From positions 20,398,001 to 20,462,000 of the forward strand of contig OZ286476.1 of the NCBI GenBank assembly GCA_965644265.1: DNA of 64,000 nucleotides. Reading direction: 5' to 3'. The stretch is from Glycera tridactyla. Taxonomy: Eukaryota. The number at the start of each line of letters is the position of its first letter. The first letter of the stretch is position 1. The position numbers and the translations under genes are program-made. Below, in pieces: positions 1-15,000 of this stretch. The notes beneath the pieces were generated by a model. The model was not told the DNA's origin and did no database searches. It saw only the letters and a list, made by a program, of their open reading frames with translations.

Positions 1-97
1 AATACTCCATACCAATTCCGCATTGCTGCTGAGAATGAGATCGGCATGGGACCATTTGCTGAACTTGCTGAACCTGTCACTCCAAAGAGCCAGCATA
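1..97 (+). CDS. Exon 1 (partial): C-terminal part of Fn3 (A-Fn1)
   Basis: [32 protein letters not shown], donor a|gtaagt, phase 1; not in the ORF track. Confidence 0.92.
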
Positions 98-3000
98 GTA
101 AGTGGACCTATATCATCCATCACCACTTCTTCAGTAGCTGCATTTGAACCTTAAACTGTTTGTTCTAAGAGATACTTCTTCATTGTTCTAGATATTTCAA
201 CATTTATATCAAGGTGAAAATACCACTCCTGAGCCTGCAGGCTGTTCAGTTTGACTAACAGAGAGAATGTTAGCAAAGTCTTCTACCAAATATTGTTCAT
301 CTGAGGTTCGACACAATGTATGGGGACGTGATTTCTGTTACAAAATGTTAGTGACCATTAGTTGCTAGTCAACAGCCTGCTGGAGTCAAGATTTTAAAAC
401 ATTTTGTTTGATGTGAAAATAGCCACATTTGTTGAGTCCATAACTTGCTTATGTACCACCTTTTAAAAATTTCAAAATTCGAGACTGAATTAACATTCAA
501 GATTCATTCATAAGTATGTTTCGATAAATGGTGATATGCAGATGTATAATACTCCATCTTTTCCATCTGACCAATACAGTTTTGGAACCTAATGGAGTTG
601 TAATGTGCTTTTTGTTCAGATCCACCAGGACCACCTTCGGCACCAGAAGTGTCTGAGGCTCGCAAGGATGGTTGCGTGTTGACATGGAAAGCACCAGAAG
701 ACGATGGTGGCACTCCAGTTACTGGGTACATCATTGAACGTGGAACTCCAGGCAGTGCCCGCTGGTTGCGCCTCAACAAAAAGACAGTTGATGAGCTCAC
801 CTACAAGGTGACTGAGCTGATTGAAGACAACGAGTATATCTTCCGCATCACAGCTGTCAACAAGATTGGTGAGGGACCACCAGGACCAGAGTCTGAACCT
901 ATGAAGGCTAAGGATCCATGGGGTGAGTTGGATTTCTCTTGCATTTTTCGATGCCAAGTTCAGGTACTTCAGAATTGTCCACTATCTCTCAGTCCTACAC
1001 ATATATCAAAGATGCACCAACTAATTTGAAATTGTTGATGTTTGATCATTCACAATGGACAATCATTCATTTAATGTGGTTTTTCCACAGATTGTTGATA
1101 ATCTGTCCACTAAGTCATGAACTGTGACAAGCCAAATTACCCAACAGATGAATTCAAAGATACCTAATTGCCAGTCATTGTGATTTTGCAATCAGGATTG
1201 CCATTATCATCCTTGCATGATGATATATGCAGGGACAGGAACTGCACAGTGGTAGCAGTAATCGCAACACCCACAGAAGCAGCAGCAGGAGCGACTAGTA
1301 TTCATGTGACCCAAATCCTCACTCACCCAATCGCTGTATGATGTATCTGCTTTTTACCAGGAAGAGAATTTTAGAAATACAGTCCTAATCTATAAACTCT
1401 GTTGCCTTTCATTCTTGCAGACAAGCCTGGTAAACCCGATCCACCAACCATCCTGAAGATGACACCCAAGACATGTGCATTGTCATACCGACCACCAATG
1501 GATGATGGCGGTGCACCAATCACCAACTACGTTATTGAGTACCGTGTAGAGGGCGGATTCAAGTGGGTACACGCTAATGTGGATGAGACAGTCTCAGAAA
1601 CCAAGTACACTGTCAAGGTAGGTCCAGACTCTTGTCATGACTCTCAATGTATGAAGCCTAAAACCATGGATTTGCTTCCAATGAATTTTCCAGGTCATTT
1701 TGTGAATTTTGCTGTGGAACACTCTAAATGATACAACTGTGTTGTGCAGCCAATGCTCTCTCNNNNNNNNNNNNNNNNNNNNNNNNNNNNNNNNNNNNNN
1801 NNNNNNNNNNNNNNNNNNNNNNNNNNNNNNNNNNNNNNNNNNNNNNNNNNNNNNNNNNNNNNNNNNNNNNNNNNNNNNNNNNNNNNNNNNNNNNNNNNNN
1901 NNNNNNNNNNNNNNNNNNNNNNNNNNNNNNNNNNNNNNNNNNNNNNNNNNNNNNNNNNNNNNNNNNNNNNNNNNNNNNNNNNNNNNNNNNNNNNNNNNNN
2001 NNNNNNNNNNNNNNNNNNNNNNNNNNNNNNNNNNNNNNNNNNNNNNNNNNAGAGGGCATCTAGTCACACTTATCCATTATATCAAACAACTTCCTATGAA
2101 ACAAATCATTGAATATTCTTGAATCTTTTGTTTCAGGGCCTGACTACTGGGACCGTATATGAGTTCCACGTTGCTGCTGAGAACAGGGCGGGTGTTGGAC
2201 CCTTCTCTGATCCTACAGCACCAATGGAGGCCAAGGAACACATTGACGGTGACGCTCCCAAGGTCATCGAGCCACTCATGGATATGGTCATCGTTGCTCC
2301 TGAGGAGGTCCACCTTGAGTCTGACATCAAGCCTGGCAAGCCCAAGGCTTCCTTCCGCTGGTTCAAGGACAACCGTGAGGTGTATGAGGACAAACGTCAC
2401 ATGATCTCGTACGTCGGTGAGACCGCTGCACTTCACATCAAGGAGAGCGCACTCTCAGATGCTGGATATTACCGATGCGAGGCCGCCAACAAGGTTGGAC
2501 GCTGTGATACCGAGTGTACACTCACTGTACAGAGTAAGTCAATCTATGATATATCCTGAGTTACAAATATGATAAAGAGGGAGAACAACCTGGTATTTCA
2601 CTGATGACCTGTCTGACTCTGTCTCAGCTGTTCATGGTGTTGCTGTGTCAGTCATGAGTGGGATGTGTTGGCGACATTTTTCTTAATTGATATTATGATA
2701 TATCCTGATCACCATCAAGTGATTCATGTAGGCTCGCCATTATGGTGAAAGATCAGACCAATGGGAATATGTCTGTAGAGCCTGTCATTGTACATGTACC
2801 GTAGATGAAACATGATCCTTTTCTGCCAGAATTCCAGGTGATCTGATATAGGGATGAAGCTCAAAGAAGTATATTGCAGTACACATGGATCATATATGGA
2901 TCTATATGGATCTATATGGATCATAAATATATTATGAATGGAGTAATGATGGAAAGTATGACACTGTACTCATCAAGCACAATGACCACATCAGCAGAAC

Positions 3001-6000
3001 CATGAACACTGATGGCAGAGTTGGGGAGGTCTTCATCGAAATACAGAGTTAGAGATTTGGGCTCATTAAAGTTTGAACACCTGGGAAAAGGGAGGCCTGG
3101 AGGCCCAACCAATATTGAAGCAGCATTGACTCCTATCATACTCTATTGATAGCTTCTCGATAAGAGCAATCCAATCACACCTTTGGAACCCCAATTACCT
3201 CTGATTGTACCATATCAGTCTTGGTGGAAAACTTTTTCAGCCAATCTCCCATCAGGAGAGCTGACTGGAAAAAATCACTTGCCCGAAAATAAATTGACTC
3301 TCCCGGATATGTACAAAAGGTGCTGGGAAATTGAGCTCAAACTGAGAGCAAGTGTGAGGAAATGCCTTATCATGATAATAATTCCAACGTATCTATCATG
3401 TGAGTGACTATCTAAGTGACACCAACCCAATTTTTTGCTCATGTTCGTTCCTCGAAGTCGAGCATGTGCAGATATATGCAAAGTCATCTCACCAGAAATA
3501 GGAGTTTTGTTTGTCATCACAAAATATTCATAACTTTCTGATCAACTGAAAAATTTACACTCTCCCATCAGGAAAGTGAGATTGGTCGTTTCACTCTCCT
3601 GAAACCAAATTCACTCTCCCTGGGATTCAGGAGAGTGGCTATAGCAGAATATTGCATATGATTCATTATATCTTTTAGCTGATGAAATATAACTGTGTGT
3701 TGCAGGTCCACCAATACTGACTTATGAGAATGCCCTCAAGGACCTTGTCTCAGTCAAGGTTGGTAGTACCTTCATCCTGATGGTGAACATCACTGCCTTC
3801 CCGAAGGCCAACGTCAAGTGGTACCACAATGACCAGCCGGTATCTGCTGGCATGGGTGTCAACATTGAGGGTGATGCCACATTCTCGCGTCTCACCATCA
3901 AGTCTGACAGCGGAGAACAGTCCGGAAAATACAAGATAACTGCCGAGAATGAGGTCGGAAAGGCCGAAGCAGAATTTGAAGTCCTCGTCAAAGGTAATTA
4001 GGATCATTGTATCTCAGAATGCCTTCATCAAGCAAATCACCATGCAGTCCTTCTCTGATGACATTCTAGCTACAAATGACAGCCATTTTTATCACAATTT
4101 CCCGCTAGTTTGTGTTGTGGTGATGATCTCTATATTACAAAAAAATTTTGATGTACTTCAATCTTGAACTAATGAAATTGTATAACAAAAATATTCCATG
4201 TATAAATATAGCAACATCCCATTTTTTGTGTTTCAATGTCTTTTCAAGCTTGAGGATTTCACTACTGTCTGCAAGAGACAATCTTTAATGGCATAATTGA
4301 ATTAATCAATATAAAAAAAGAGTATTTTGCAAAATTGTGTACGATGCATAGCTTAGCTGGAAGTTCAGATAATGTATTTTTTCAAGACACCAGTGAGATT
4401 CATATTGAGTCTTGCCTGTTATTGGTGTATCAACATAACTGCATTCTGTGATATATTCATTGACAAATGCCTCCAAATTATTCTACTTTCAGACAAGCCA
4501 TCACCACCACAGAGCCTATGTGTGACTGAAGTCAACAAGGATCATGTGAGCCTGAAATGGGAAGTACCCAAGTCAGACGGTGGCTCAAGGATTACCGGAT
4601 ACGTCATTGAAAAGGCAGATACAGGTCGACGTACCTTCATGACTGCTGGAACAACCGATGAACTCACATTGAACTTCAAGGTCACCAAGTTGGTGGAGGG
4701 CAACGAGTATCTCTTCAAGGTCAGCGCTGAGAATGCCATTGGCACCAGTGATCCAGCAACCTTGGATGAGCCAATCAAGGCCAAATTGCCCTTCGGTAAG
4801 TTATTCACATCTTTTGAAATAAGATCAGTACCTCTCATGCCAAAATTATCTCATTCGTTTGATACCCGAATTCCACCTATGAGATAAAATATGAACTATA
4901 CAATGCATTTCCATCCTCCATGATTAAACAATGAATTGGGATTGTATCAATATTGTCCATCATCATGAGTAATCGTGATCCTAATATCATATAAATTGTC
5001 TTTAGAAACAATGCCCTTTTGTTGAGAAGTCCTAATATGCTAATGAGGGGGCATGGCCAAGTAGCATGTCAATGAATATTGAATATGGATCATGAAACAT
5101 GGATATGCATGAATGAACTGAGTTTTGGCCGCAAATATGAGCTTGATCACTTCAAATAAAATATGCACCAAAAAAAGAATTCAACAGCAGTTGGATAGAA
5201 TTTGAATAGAATATGATTTGAAATTGTATGTGATTTATTGATTAAAAATAGGAAGAGTAGGAGAAGTATTTGGGTGGTGGATATGACATCATTATAAATA
5301 CGTGAATATTATGTTACAATTAGCCAGTTGGTGAAACGAAAAATAAATCACCAAAACTAGATTATTGTGTTTTTTCTTCCTCAAACAACAAAAATGGTGT
5401 TCCTACAACAATATTTTATGAGGAAACCAGAAACGATGCTCAATTTATATGTTATTCGTTTGTAGATCCACCCTCACCACCACAGAATGTGCGTATTGAG
5501 GATCTGACCAGCTCGAGTGTGACCCTGAAGTGGGACGTACCATCCTTCGATGGTGGTTCACCCATCACAGGTTACTATGTTGAGAAGTCAACTGGCTACA
5601 GCTCTCGTTGGACCAAGTGCAACCGTGACCCAGTCTCCAACCTCCGTATGGCATTCACAGACCTGATGGAGGGTACCGAGTATGAGTACCGTGTCATGGC
5701 TGAAAACGCCGCCGGTATCAGCAAGCCATCTGCTACAACTGGTGTATTCAAAGCCAAGGATCCATTCGGAAAACCAGGCAAACCTGGTACTCCAGTAGTG
5801 AAGTCCATCACCAAGGACAGTGCAACCTTCAACTGGGAAGCACCTGAAGATGATGGCGGTGCACCAATCACCAACTACATTGTTGAGTTCCGTGAAAGTA
5901 GCGATGTGAAATGGCGAATGGCGAGCCGCGGTGAGAAGGTGACAAGTTTGACGTACACGGTCAAGAATCTGCGAGCTGAGACTGAGTACCAGTTCCGTGT

Positions 6001-9000
6001 GACAGCCGAGAACAAAGCTGGTCAAGGACCCCCATCTGACCCATCACAAAATGCCAAATATGGTCAGTATACCCCAGTGAACAATCTGCATCATTTTTCA
6101 GATTGATTGATTATAAAATTCGACTACAGGAATTTTCCGCTATTATGCTGATGAAAACATGTGTCAGTTAGTTTCCTGCTAACTCCCTTATTTATACTTG
6201 TGCACTGCATATGAGAGTCTGTGCTATAAGGCACATCATTTTGAGACTATGCACATGTAAGCATATATTATATGCTGGAAATGCACATGCTCTATAGAGA
6301 TCTTTCTGAAGATCACGTCATTTGAAGTGTAAAATGGTGCATAGAAACTGCATCTGTGTGCCCCAAAGCCTATACATCTTCCCTTGTTGGGAAATCCCCC
6401 AAGACAAGCTCACATTCAAAATCTGATTTTGTGCCTTCCAAATGGAAGATTAGACCGCGGTAGTGAATAGTAAGTCAATCACTAAGTATTCAAAAACTTC
6501 ATCATAAAACCAATGGGGTTATAAAAATTGTTTCACAAACAATGCTTTTTGGCAGGAGAGCAAGATAGAGTAATATATTAATGTGAGGGGTCACCACTAG
6601 GTGGCGAGCGAGGAAGTCAGAGAAAGAGCGGGAAAATTGACATGAGTCAGTTGCTGAAGAAAATTATTTCAAATCAGTGTGTGAAGAGACCCTAGAATCA
6701 GCAATGTTATTGCCTTTTGTTGGATGATCCGGTGTACGGTTGAAAATGGTCTTGAAAGTGGGATGAGGTATGAAATCATGGGGGTCCCAACTTGATCATC
6801 CATTATAAGTATAAGTGTTTCACTCAAAATATTGTTCTTGTAGTGGTAGCTTTGGTTGATCCTTTATTTTCTCTCTTTCAGTTGAGACCATTGAGTTCAC
6901 AAAGAACCTGGAAGACAAGAAATTGGACAAACTCAACGTTAAGGTCACCTTGGAGTGTGAAATCTCCAAGGAAGGTCTGAAGTGTGAGTGGTACAAGGAT
7001 GCACGTGCTCTCCGCCGTGATGCCCGTTATGACATTGTCGCTGATGGCAAGGTCCACCGCCTCGTCATCGAGAAGGCAACATGTGACGATGTTGGTACTT
7101 ACCGATGCGTCTACCAGAATCTTGAGACCACTGGCAAACTCACCATTGAAGGTAGGTTCGAATGACAAATGTACAGCCGAAAAATCATGCTTTTTTTCCA
7201 ACCAAGTATTAAAAGTAGTCACGCAGGCTATCCAGTTGGGCCTTAGAGAAAAAACTTTTGTCAAATCTCCCAACAATATTTCTTTTATCTCAAGTTTGAC
7301 AATAAAGAACAGGGATCCATTCTCCATTACAAAATCTTACAAAACATCATCCACGATTAACTGCAGCTGAATAGTGTGCTGTTTCAACTGATTAGTACCA
7401 TAAAGACTTTTATGTCCTACTGCTGAGCGACATGGGATTGTGAGGAAGAGAAATCCTTGGTATGAAAGTTTTCCTGTGTGCTTTTGAGTGTATTCGTGCA
7501 TGTGCGGGTGTGTATAAGAGGACTAAAAAGCTCGTAGTTTTTGAAAAATTGAAGCAGATTCCATTTCCATTTCTGAATGCTATTGATGGTTAACCATTTC
7601 TTGTCATACAAGAAAGAGCCTCTGGCAATCACAAGAAATCAATCAGAAAACAACACAAGAAACGAAGGCCTTCCAAGATGATATTTTGCAAGTTCAAATG
7701 ATTATTTATGTCAGATGTCTATAAAATGGGTGTGGTAACATTCTCCCCATTGCTTGCTTTTATTTTCAGTCGCACCAAGCTTCGGTAAACATGACTATGA
7801 GGATAAGCTGCTACTGAAGGCTGGAACATCTGCCTGTATCGAGCTGCCATTCACGGCCGCCCCTCAACCAGATGTCACGTGGAAACACAGAGGAGGAGCA
7901 CTCCCTGGTAGTCGCTTCCGTGACGAGACCATCTACGGTATGACGTCACTGACGCTCACCAAGGTACAGATCCCTGATGCCGGAGAGATCACATGTACAC
8001 TCAAGAATGCATTTGGAGAGTGCAAGTTCACCATCAAACTTATTGTACTTGGTGAGTGTATTTTGGTATTAAACGCCCTTCCCTGACACATCTAACACTT
8101 CAGAAATAGGTCCTACTTTTAAGCTTACTGCATTTGTGAAATTTCCCATTCATGCATTCTTTTCCATGCAGCTTTGCATTCCTATCACCTAAATATGGGA
8201 TATAATTCATCAAATGATGGTCATATTTTTCATTCCTTTAAAACCCTCCTTTAGGGTTTGCTACTATTGATCTTTTATAATTGTGTATCAATGAGTATGA
8301 CTAACTAATCCATACTTGCTCTGCAGAGTTAGTTGTAATATATTGATTTCTGTATTGTATATGTTTCATATGAAAATAGACAGTTTCATATTAAATGAAT
8401 CAGATATATCTCATAATTTCTTCCATGATAGTTTCATCCATCATTTGTTGTGAACTTGATATAAAAGTCATGAGTGAATGTTGCTCTTCATGCATTTCAT
8501 CCTTATCATTGTTCTCTTTCAGACAAACCTGGTCCTCCACAGGATCTTAAGGTGACCGACGTCAGTGAACGTGAGATGACCGTCAAGTGGTCCGAGCCCG
8601 AGTCCGATGGTGGAAGTGACATCACACGTTACATCATCGAGACCCGTGAATCATTCCGACACAGCTGGCAGCGTATCGGAACCGTACAAGCTCACGATCG
8701 CCGTGAGTTCAAGGCCACCAGTTTGATTCAAGGTCAGCAGTACTCATTCCAGATTGCTGCCGAGAACAAAATGGGCGTTGGAGAATATGCAGAAACCAGG
8801 ACACCAGTTGTTGCCAAGAGCCAGCATGGTGAGTATCGTCAGAAATTGTAAGATATTTGCAAAATGTATTTATCAGGATTCATTTTGATTGTTAGATTGA
8901 TTGATCATAATCCATATTCAGTCAACACATGGAGAAGACAGATGTGGTATTGGGGGATGCTGACTGATATAACTGTGGAAGTTGGAATCCATTTGTAAAA

Positions 9001-12000
9001 AGAGTGACAAGATGCTCGAGAGTGAAAAATAGACAAGTAAATTCAAGGAACAGACTATTGGGACGTAGCTGAGGAAAGAATGGGGTTGCATTTTGAAAGC
9101 TTCAACAATAAATTTTATTGCTGTCAGTAACATGAAAATTCTACCCTCATGAGAATATTGGGACAGGTTTGTCCCTGGAAATTACAAATTTCATAAAGAG
9201 ATTTGTCCTGCTAGAGAATAAATGCAATGATATTGATTTCGAGACTTAAGGAGTTGACCGGTTTAAGTATGTTAAGAGAGGATTCTTATTCATCATGAAG
9301 TAACTCATCATTTCATCCTGAGTCACATTTATCATGGTTTCAGATGTACCTGGTCCACCATCTGCACCCGAGGTCGATGAAGTCTTGCGCAAATCATGCG
9401 TGTTGTCATGGCGACCACCAGAGAATGATGGCGGCAGCCCCGTGACTGGCTACTTCATCGAGCGATCGGTCGCTCGTGCCAGCCGCTGGATTGTCATCAA
9501 CCGCAACGCTGTCAAGGAGACTAAATACATGGTGGAAGACTTGATCGAGGACAATGAATACCAGTTCCGCATCATCGCTGAGAACAAGGTCGGACAAGGT
9601 CCACCCGGTCCATCCTCACGACCTGTTGTTGCCAAGGATCCATGGGGTAAGCTTTCACATGATCTACAAGTGGCTCTTTCCCATGTGTCCAAGAGTGGTC
9701 TTTGTCCATACCTTCATGCAATATTGCCCATCCAGCAAAATCGATTGCTGAATATGGGATAAGCATTTGTTGTCTATGAGAAAGTCTGCCTCCTGTAAGG
9801 CAACTGGGCTATAAAGCTACTTGAGATTTACAAAACAAACTTCAAGCATGATCAAATCAAGGTGAAGAGACAGAACTCCCCTTCACTCCTGTGGTAGAAC
9901 TGCCTCTTCTGTTCTGTCATGATTCTATCATACAGACACAATGCATAGATGTACATTGCCAGACTTGCAATATTTAGTAACCAGAAAATCTATTTTAAAC
10001 AGATATTCTTGTTTAACCCAAACATATCAGTCAGTGAGATTTGACCTTGACCTATCCAGGATGCAGTTAGGTGCCATCTTGGAAATTTCTGGATAGTGAA
10101 AGGTTCTTTGAGAGCTCTTCTTTGTTATTCTGCTATTGCAATCCAATCTATTCTTGTATTTTACAGAAAAACCAGGCAAACCTGGAACTCCACAGATCAA
10201 GTCCCTTGGAGACAAAACCAAGGTCACACTGACCTGGAAGGCCCCATCAGATGATGGTGGTGCCCCGATTACCAACTATGTTGTTGAGTACCGAGGCCAG
10301 GGTGAGTTCAAGTGGAAGCGTGCGACAGAAGACATCGTCAGTGAGCTCTCGTACACCGTGAGCCGTCTCAAGGAGGACGTCATGTACGATTTCCGTGTCT
10401 CGGCCGAGAACAAAGTCGGTGTTGGACCCCCAGCAGAGAACTCCATGGCTGACAGTGAGGACCGTGCTTGTGAGTTCACTTCTTTTTGTCTCTTTTCATC
10501 TCGTTTTAAAACAATTTCATATCATAATTAACAGGAACACATTTGTGGGACTGCCCACTGTGTTGTCAAAATGGCCAGACAATATGATGTGAATTAGGAA
10601 ATTACCTCTCTTCAGGCACAGACAATCAATTGTCCAATTTCGTAAATGTTTTAAAAATCGTTCTCGTGAAGAACCAATTAATGATTATCAGGAAACTCAA
10701 GTGATAGAATAGCAGGGTTTAACTATGTTCCATATATGATCAATAAGTTTATGTGCCATCTCTGTCCCATATAACCCATTGAGTGTTGAAAGGACAAGAC
10801 CAATGCATCAATCAATCAATCGGAGTGACATCGAGCATTTCTCAGTCAATTGATCAATCACCTCTTATATTTATAAAAATATGGGATTTCAGGAGTGCTG
10901 CATTTGTGATAATTGATATATTTATTCTTTGTTTCCAGCCAACAAAGCACCCAAGATGAAGAGCAACCTGACCGACATCACCGTGCTTGCACCCAAAACC
11001 GCTGTCTTCAGTGCTGACATCTCACCAGGTGCACCGGAGGCAACCATCAAGTGGTACAAGAACGGCAAGGAGGTAAGGTCACATCAAGGTCACAGAGATC
11101 AAGGTCAAGGTCATACTGAATCGTGATTCATCTGTAGTGATGAATGTCACTGTATAGCAGGACCACCTGCATTGAAAGATAATTTGTTAACACCATCAGT
11201 GCAGGTCTATACGTTGCTAGCTGTGAGTAGCCAATGGCTAACAAATTTACCCCCTGGCTACCATGTATGGCTTACCAAGTTTAGAGCTCTCTTCCTCTGA
11301 AATTTGGAGAGGTTGTAATTGACAATTTATGGACTGGCTGCCAACATTTTGCAGTAGCTACCATAGATATCAACTTAGGGGCCAGCCTGCTTTCAAATAT
11401 TATGGCCAACATAAAGCCCTGTAGTGGATGGGTAGGATGACTTCTACCCTTCAGCATTGTGTATAGGGATGTACAAGTCACAAGTCCACTCTTGGAATTA
11501 TAGGTACAGCTGAACCCGTCTGTAAAGTTGGGATCGGTTATGTGAGAAAGTGGTCATCATAGACTGGTGTCCTCTGCCGAAAGGTGGTTCATAGTAGAGA
11601 ATATTATCCCTGTCCCTTTGTAAGCTAGGAAAGCAGAGTTTTCAGGACACTTACATTTGCCTTCATCAGCATGTGCAAACTTCAGGTGTTCTTTTCCAAG
11701 ATGATCACAAGATGAGTCTTATTTGGGAGTGACGAGGAGTGACCGTCATACATATTCAAATTTTTTCATCTCTGTTTTCCAGGTGTACAAGAGCAAGAAA
11801 TATGAGATGAAATATGACAAGAAGACAGCTACACTGAAGATTTCTGACACTGAGATTACTGATGCTTCTGTCTACAAGGTCGAGGCAGCTAACAAGGCTG
11901 GACGTTGCGACTCAGAAGCTATGCTCACAGTACAAGGTATATCTCACTGTTTTCCCAATAGAAGATTGAATGTAACTTCAAGTTTTGAGACAACAGCAAT

Positions 12001-15000
12001 TTTTCACAGAGCCTTATGGATGATTCATGATGTAATCATTGGTCAGAGTGCACTATACAGTGAAACTGGTGATGTGAGACCTCAATGAGAGACCAATATT
12101 CAATGGAGACCACTTTTCTATGAGCATTTTCTCCAACATTTAGTCAGATATGTCTTTTCATGAGACATCCTCACTAGACAAACCATTTTTTGGTGACAGG
12201 TATATGAGCCAGGGTGTTTCCCCAGTACAGGTTTAAATGCATTATCCAAGCAATTAATACCTGTGGTTGTAAAGAAAAATTCAGAGGACCTTGAAGCTCA
12301 TTGATAAAGTGGTCTCTGGTGACAGGAATAAGAACTACATGGTCAGCTGATCATAATCAGCCAATCACCATCCTGTAACCAGGAAAAGGAAGCCATTTTG
12401 ATTCTTACAAACTGCCCCTCCATTTTCACTGCTTTCGGGCCTATACAAAAAATCATTCAAACTTAACATGTTGAGTATGTGAGAAATATGTGTGTTACGA
12501 GTACAGTAGAATTGAGAGTGGATGATTTTTTTCTGTTTCATAGCTGCACCAGACATCAAGTATGACAAGAAGCTGGAGAACATCAGCATCAAGGGTGGAG
12601 CTCTCATCCTGATCCCAGTAGATGTCACTGCTGAGCCATCAGCCAAGATCACATGGGATCACAATGGCCGCCCTCTCGATCGTGGTGATAACATCAAGAT
12701 TGAGACCGGCAAGGACCACTCCAAGGTCGAGGTCAAACCAAGCACAGCCAAGAATGGTGGCAAATACACTGTCACTGCTACCAATGCTGTAGGCACTGCC
12801 ACTGCTGTATTCACAGTTGTAGTCATTGGTAAGTTTGAGTTTCTACTTCACTCTTTTTATCATCATTTCTGCACCCAAAAAAAAACCCAACTCATTTAGT
12901 ATTGATGGATTAGCCACTCATATTTATGCAGGGTTATTCCCTATCAGTTGGTAATATTGAAGTGATCACTTGAGATTTCCCCAGAATCTGAGTAGAAATT
13001 ATAAATTGTTTATGTATTTGAGTTTCGCGATGGCTCGAATGGGCCCTACTGTCCAACTCATAATGTAACCAATAATCAGTAGGGTTTATCTTGTACATAA
13101 CCAGACCTCCATTATGAGGTATCAAAATGTAACTTATACCCTGTGATCATTAAGATTTCTGAGAAACTTTCACAGGTTCTTTCGAGAATGTGGTAAAAAT
13201 GACTTTTCCTAAGCGTAACTTGCTCTAGGCAAGAACATCACTTCAATCTCAAATGTCATTCACTAGGATGGACCTGCATGGAGCATGAATTTGGCCAACG
13301 CACATGCTTCTGTTACTTCCCATGTCTTCAAACCTAAAACAAAGTTGACTGTCTGTTTCATGGTATAATTCACACCTCTGATTTCACCTTGTCTTCCTGT
13401 TCCAGATGTTCCTGAGGCCCCTCGCAACTTGTCAGTAACAAAGGTCTACAATGACCATATGTGTCTGGCATGGGACGAACCCGAGGCCGACGGAGGCTCA
13501 CCAATCACCGGCTACGTCGTCGAGAAATGCGACTCAAGCAAGATGAACTGGACCAGTGCTGGTAACACATCTGATTGTAACATCAAGGTCAAGAAGCTGT
13601 TTGAAGGAACCACCTATCTGTTCCGCGTTGCTGCTGAGAACAAGATCGGAGTTGGTGAATTTGTCCAGCTTGACAACGGTGTGAAGGCTAGACTGCCTTT
13701 TGGTGAGTATCTGTGTGCTGTGTGTTCATTCTTCATCTTCTGTGTTTTCCCATTATCAGTTGATTCACCTGCTGCTTGGGGTCGCCGATGCTTGGCACAG
13801 AAAAGCTTTTGACAGCAATCAACATTGCATTGGTATACCCAGTTTCTCCAATTCATCATTAGGATATCTGACTTCCATCACAATGTAGGATGATAATAAT
13901 CATGATAATGATAATAATGATAACAATAATGATAATGATAATAATCATGATAATGATAATTATGTGCGGCATCTATATAGTGCCATGTTATCAGGTGCTG
14001 CCCCTGCTAAAAGGTACTCTGTGGATGCCATTTTCTTTGTTTGTTTATGCACTCATCGACAATGAAGAACAGTAAATTTGACAATATAGCCAAACATACT
14101 CAGCTAGTACCTTCATGTGAAGGCCACCTGTCAGCAATGGCGACCCCAAGCAGTGACCATTTTTTCTTCAGTAAATATCTCCTCTACATAGGCCATCTGT
14201 AGATAAAGCACACTTTTTTGAGCAATCGAAGGTTCATTTCATGGATGAGTTCAATGGTATTCTGATACTGGGTACAAAACAGACCATGCACCTTTGGGAT
14301 ATACTGACACATAAGGACCACTTGCTAACAACGCAGATTGCTGTGGTGGAATGTAAGCGATAGCACTCAAACAAAAGGGCACCCTATATTTCTCATGGCC
14401 TTGGGTTTGTCCCATATGATACAGCAAGTGGAAGTTGCGCTTTTCTAGTAGGATCCAAATTGTAGTCGTATAGGTATACAAACGCGTGCTGTATCTGGGC
14501 CAGGAAATATGATTCTAGGGGCTATAAATCCCATGACCAATATAATCTCGGTCAGATTTCCTGGCCAACCTCCTCGGCTTACTTCTTGTATATCAGTCTA
14601 CTGTGTGTGGCTTGTAGAGGTGGGAACTACATTCCCTATTGTATAACATACCTGGGAATGGGGTTGACAAATGGGGTGTTATGTGGGGTGGACAGGATGA
14701 CTGATGGAGCTAAAGTAGGGTTGTTTGGGGGTCGTTACAAGTGGATAGATGAAAGCAGCTGAGGCCCGAGATGTGAACACCCGGTACTTGGCCAATGTCA
14801 GCTCCCATAGCTCTCACCCATCAGACTCCTTTCTAAAGCATCAGAGACCTTGGTATGTATCTTTGAAAGCATTGGACACATAGGCATGCGTACATGTATA
14901 GGCGAACCTGCCTAGAATGTCAACCATGATGGCCTTTGTAGACCACTAAGTCATGGATGAAAGTTGTTTGCGAAATAAAATACATGAAAGTGCGATCTGT

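Noticed and set aside
1594-2122. ORFs spanning N runs (also 15711-16282, 22602-22934, 23221-24232)
   Set aside because: Artefacts of translating assembly gaps and adjacent CA/CT repeats.
3238-3641. Possible 400-bp MITE with AGCCA(A/C)TCTCC inverted ends and CACTCTCC motifs
   Set aside because: Single copy in the window, imperfect TIR and no TSD; plausible but unsupported.
14498-14566. 11-bp inverted repeat GGCCAGGAAAT...ATTTCCTGGCC as an ncRNA or miRNA hairpin
   Set aside because: The stem is short and the loop large; no RNA family features.
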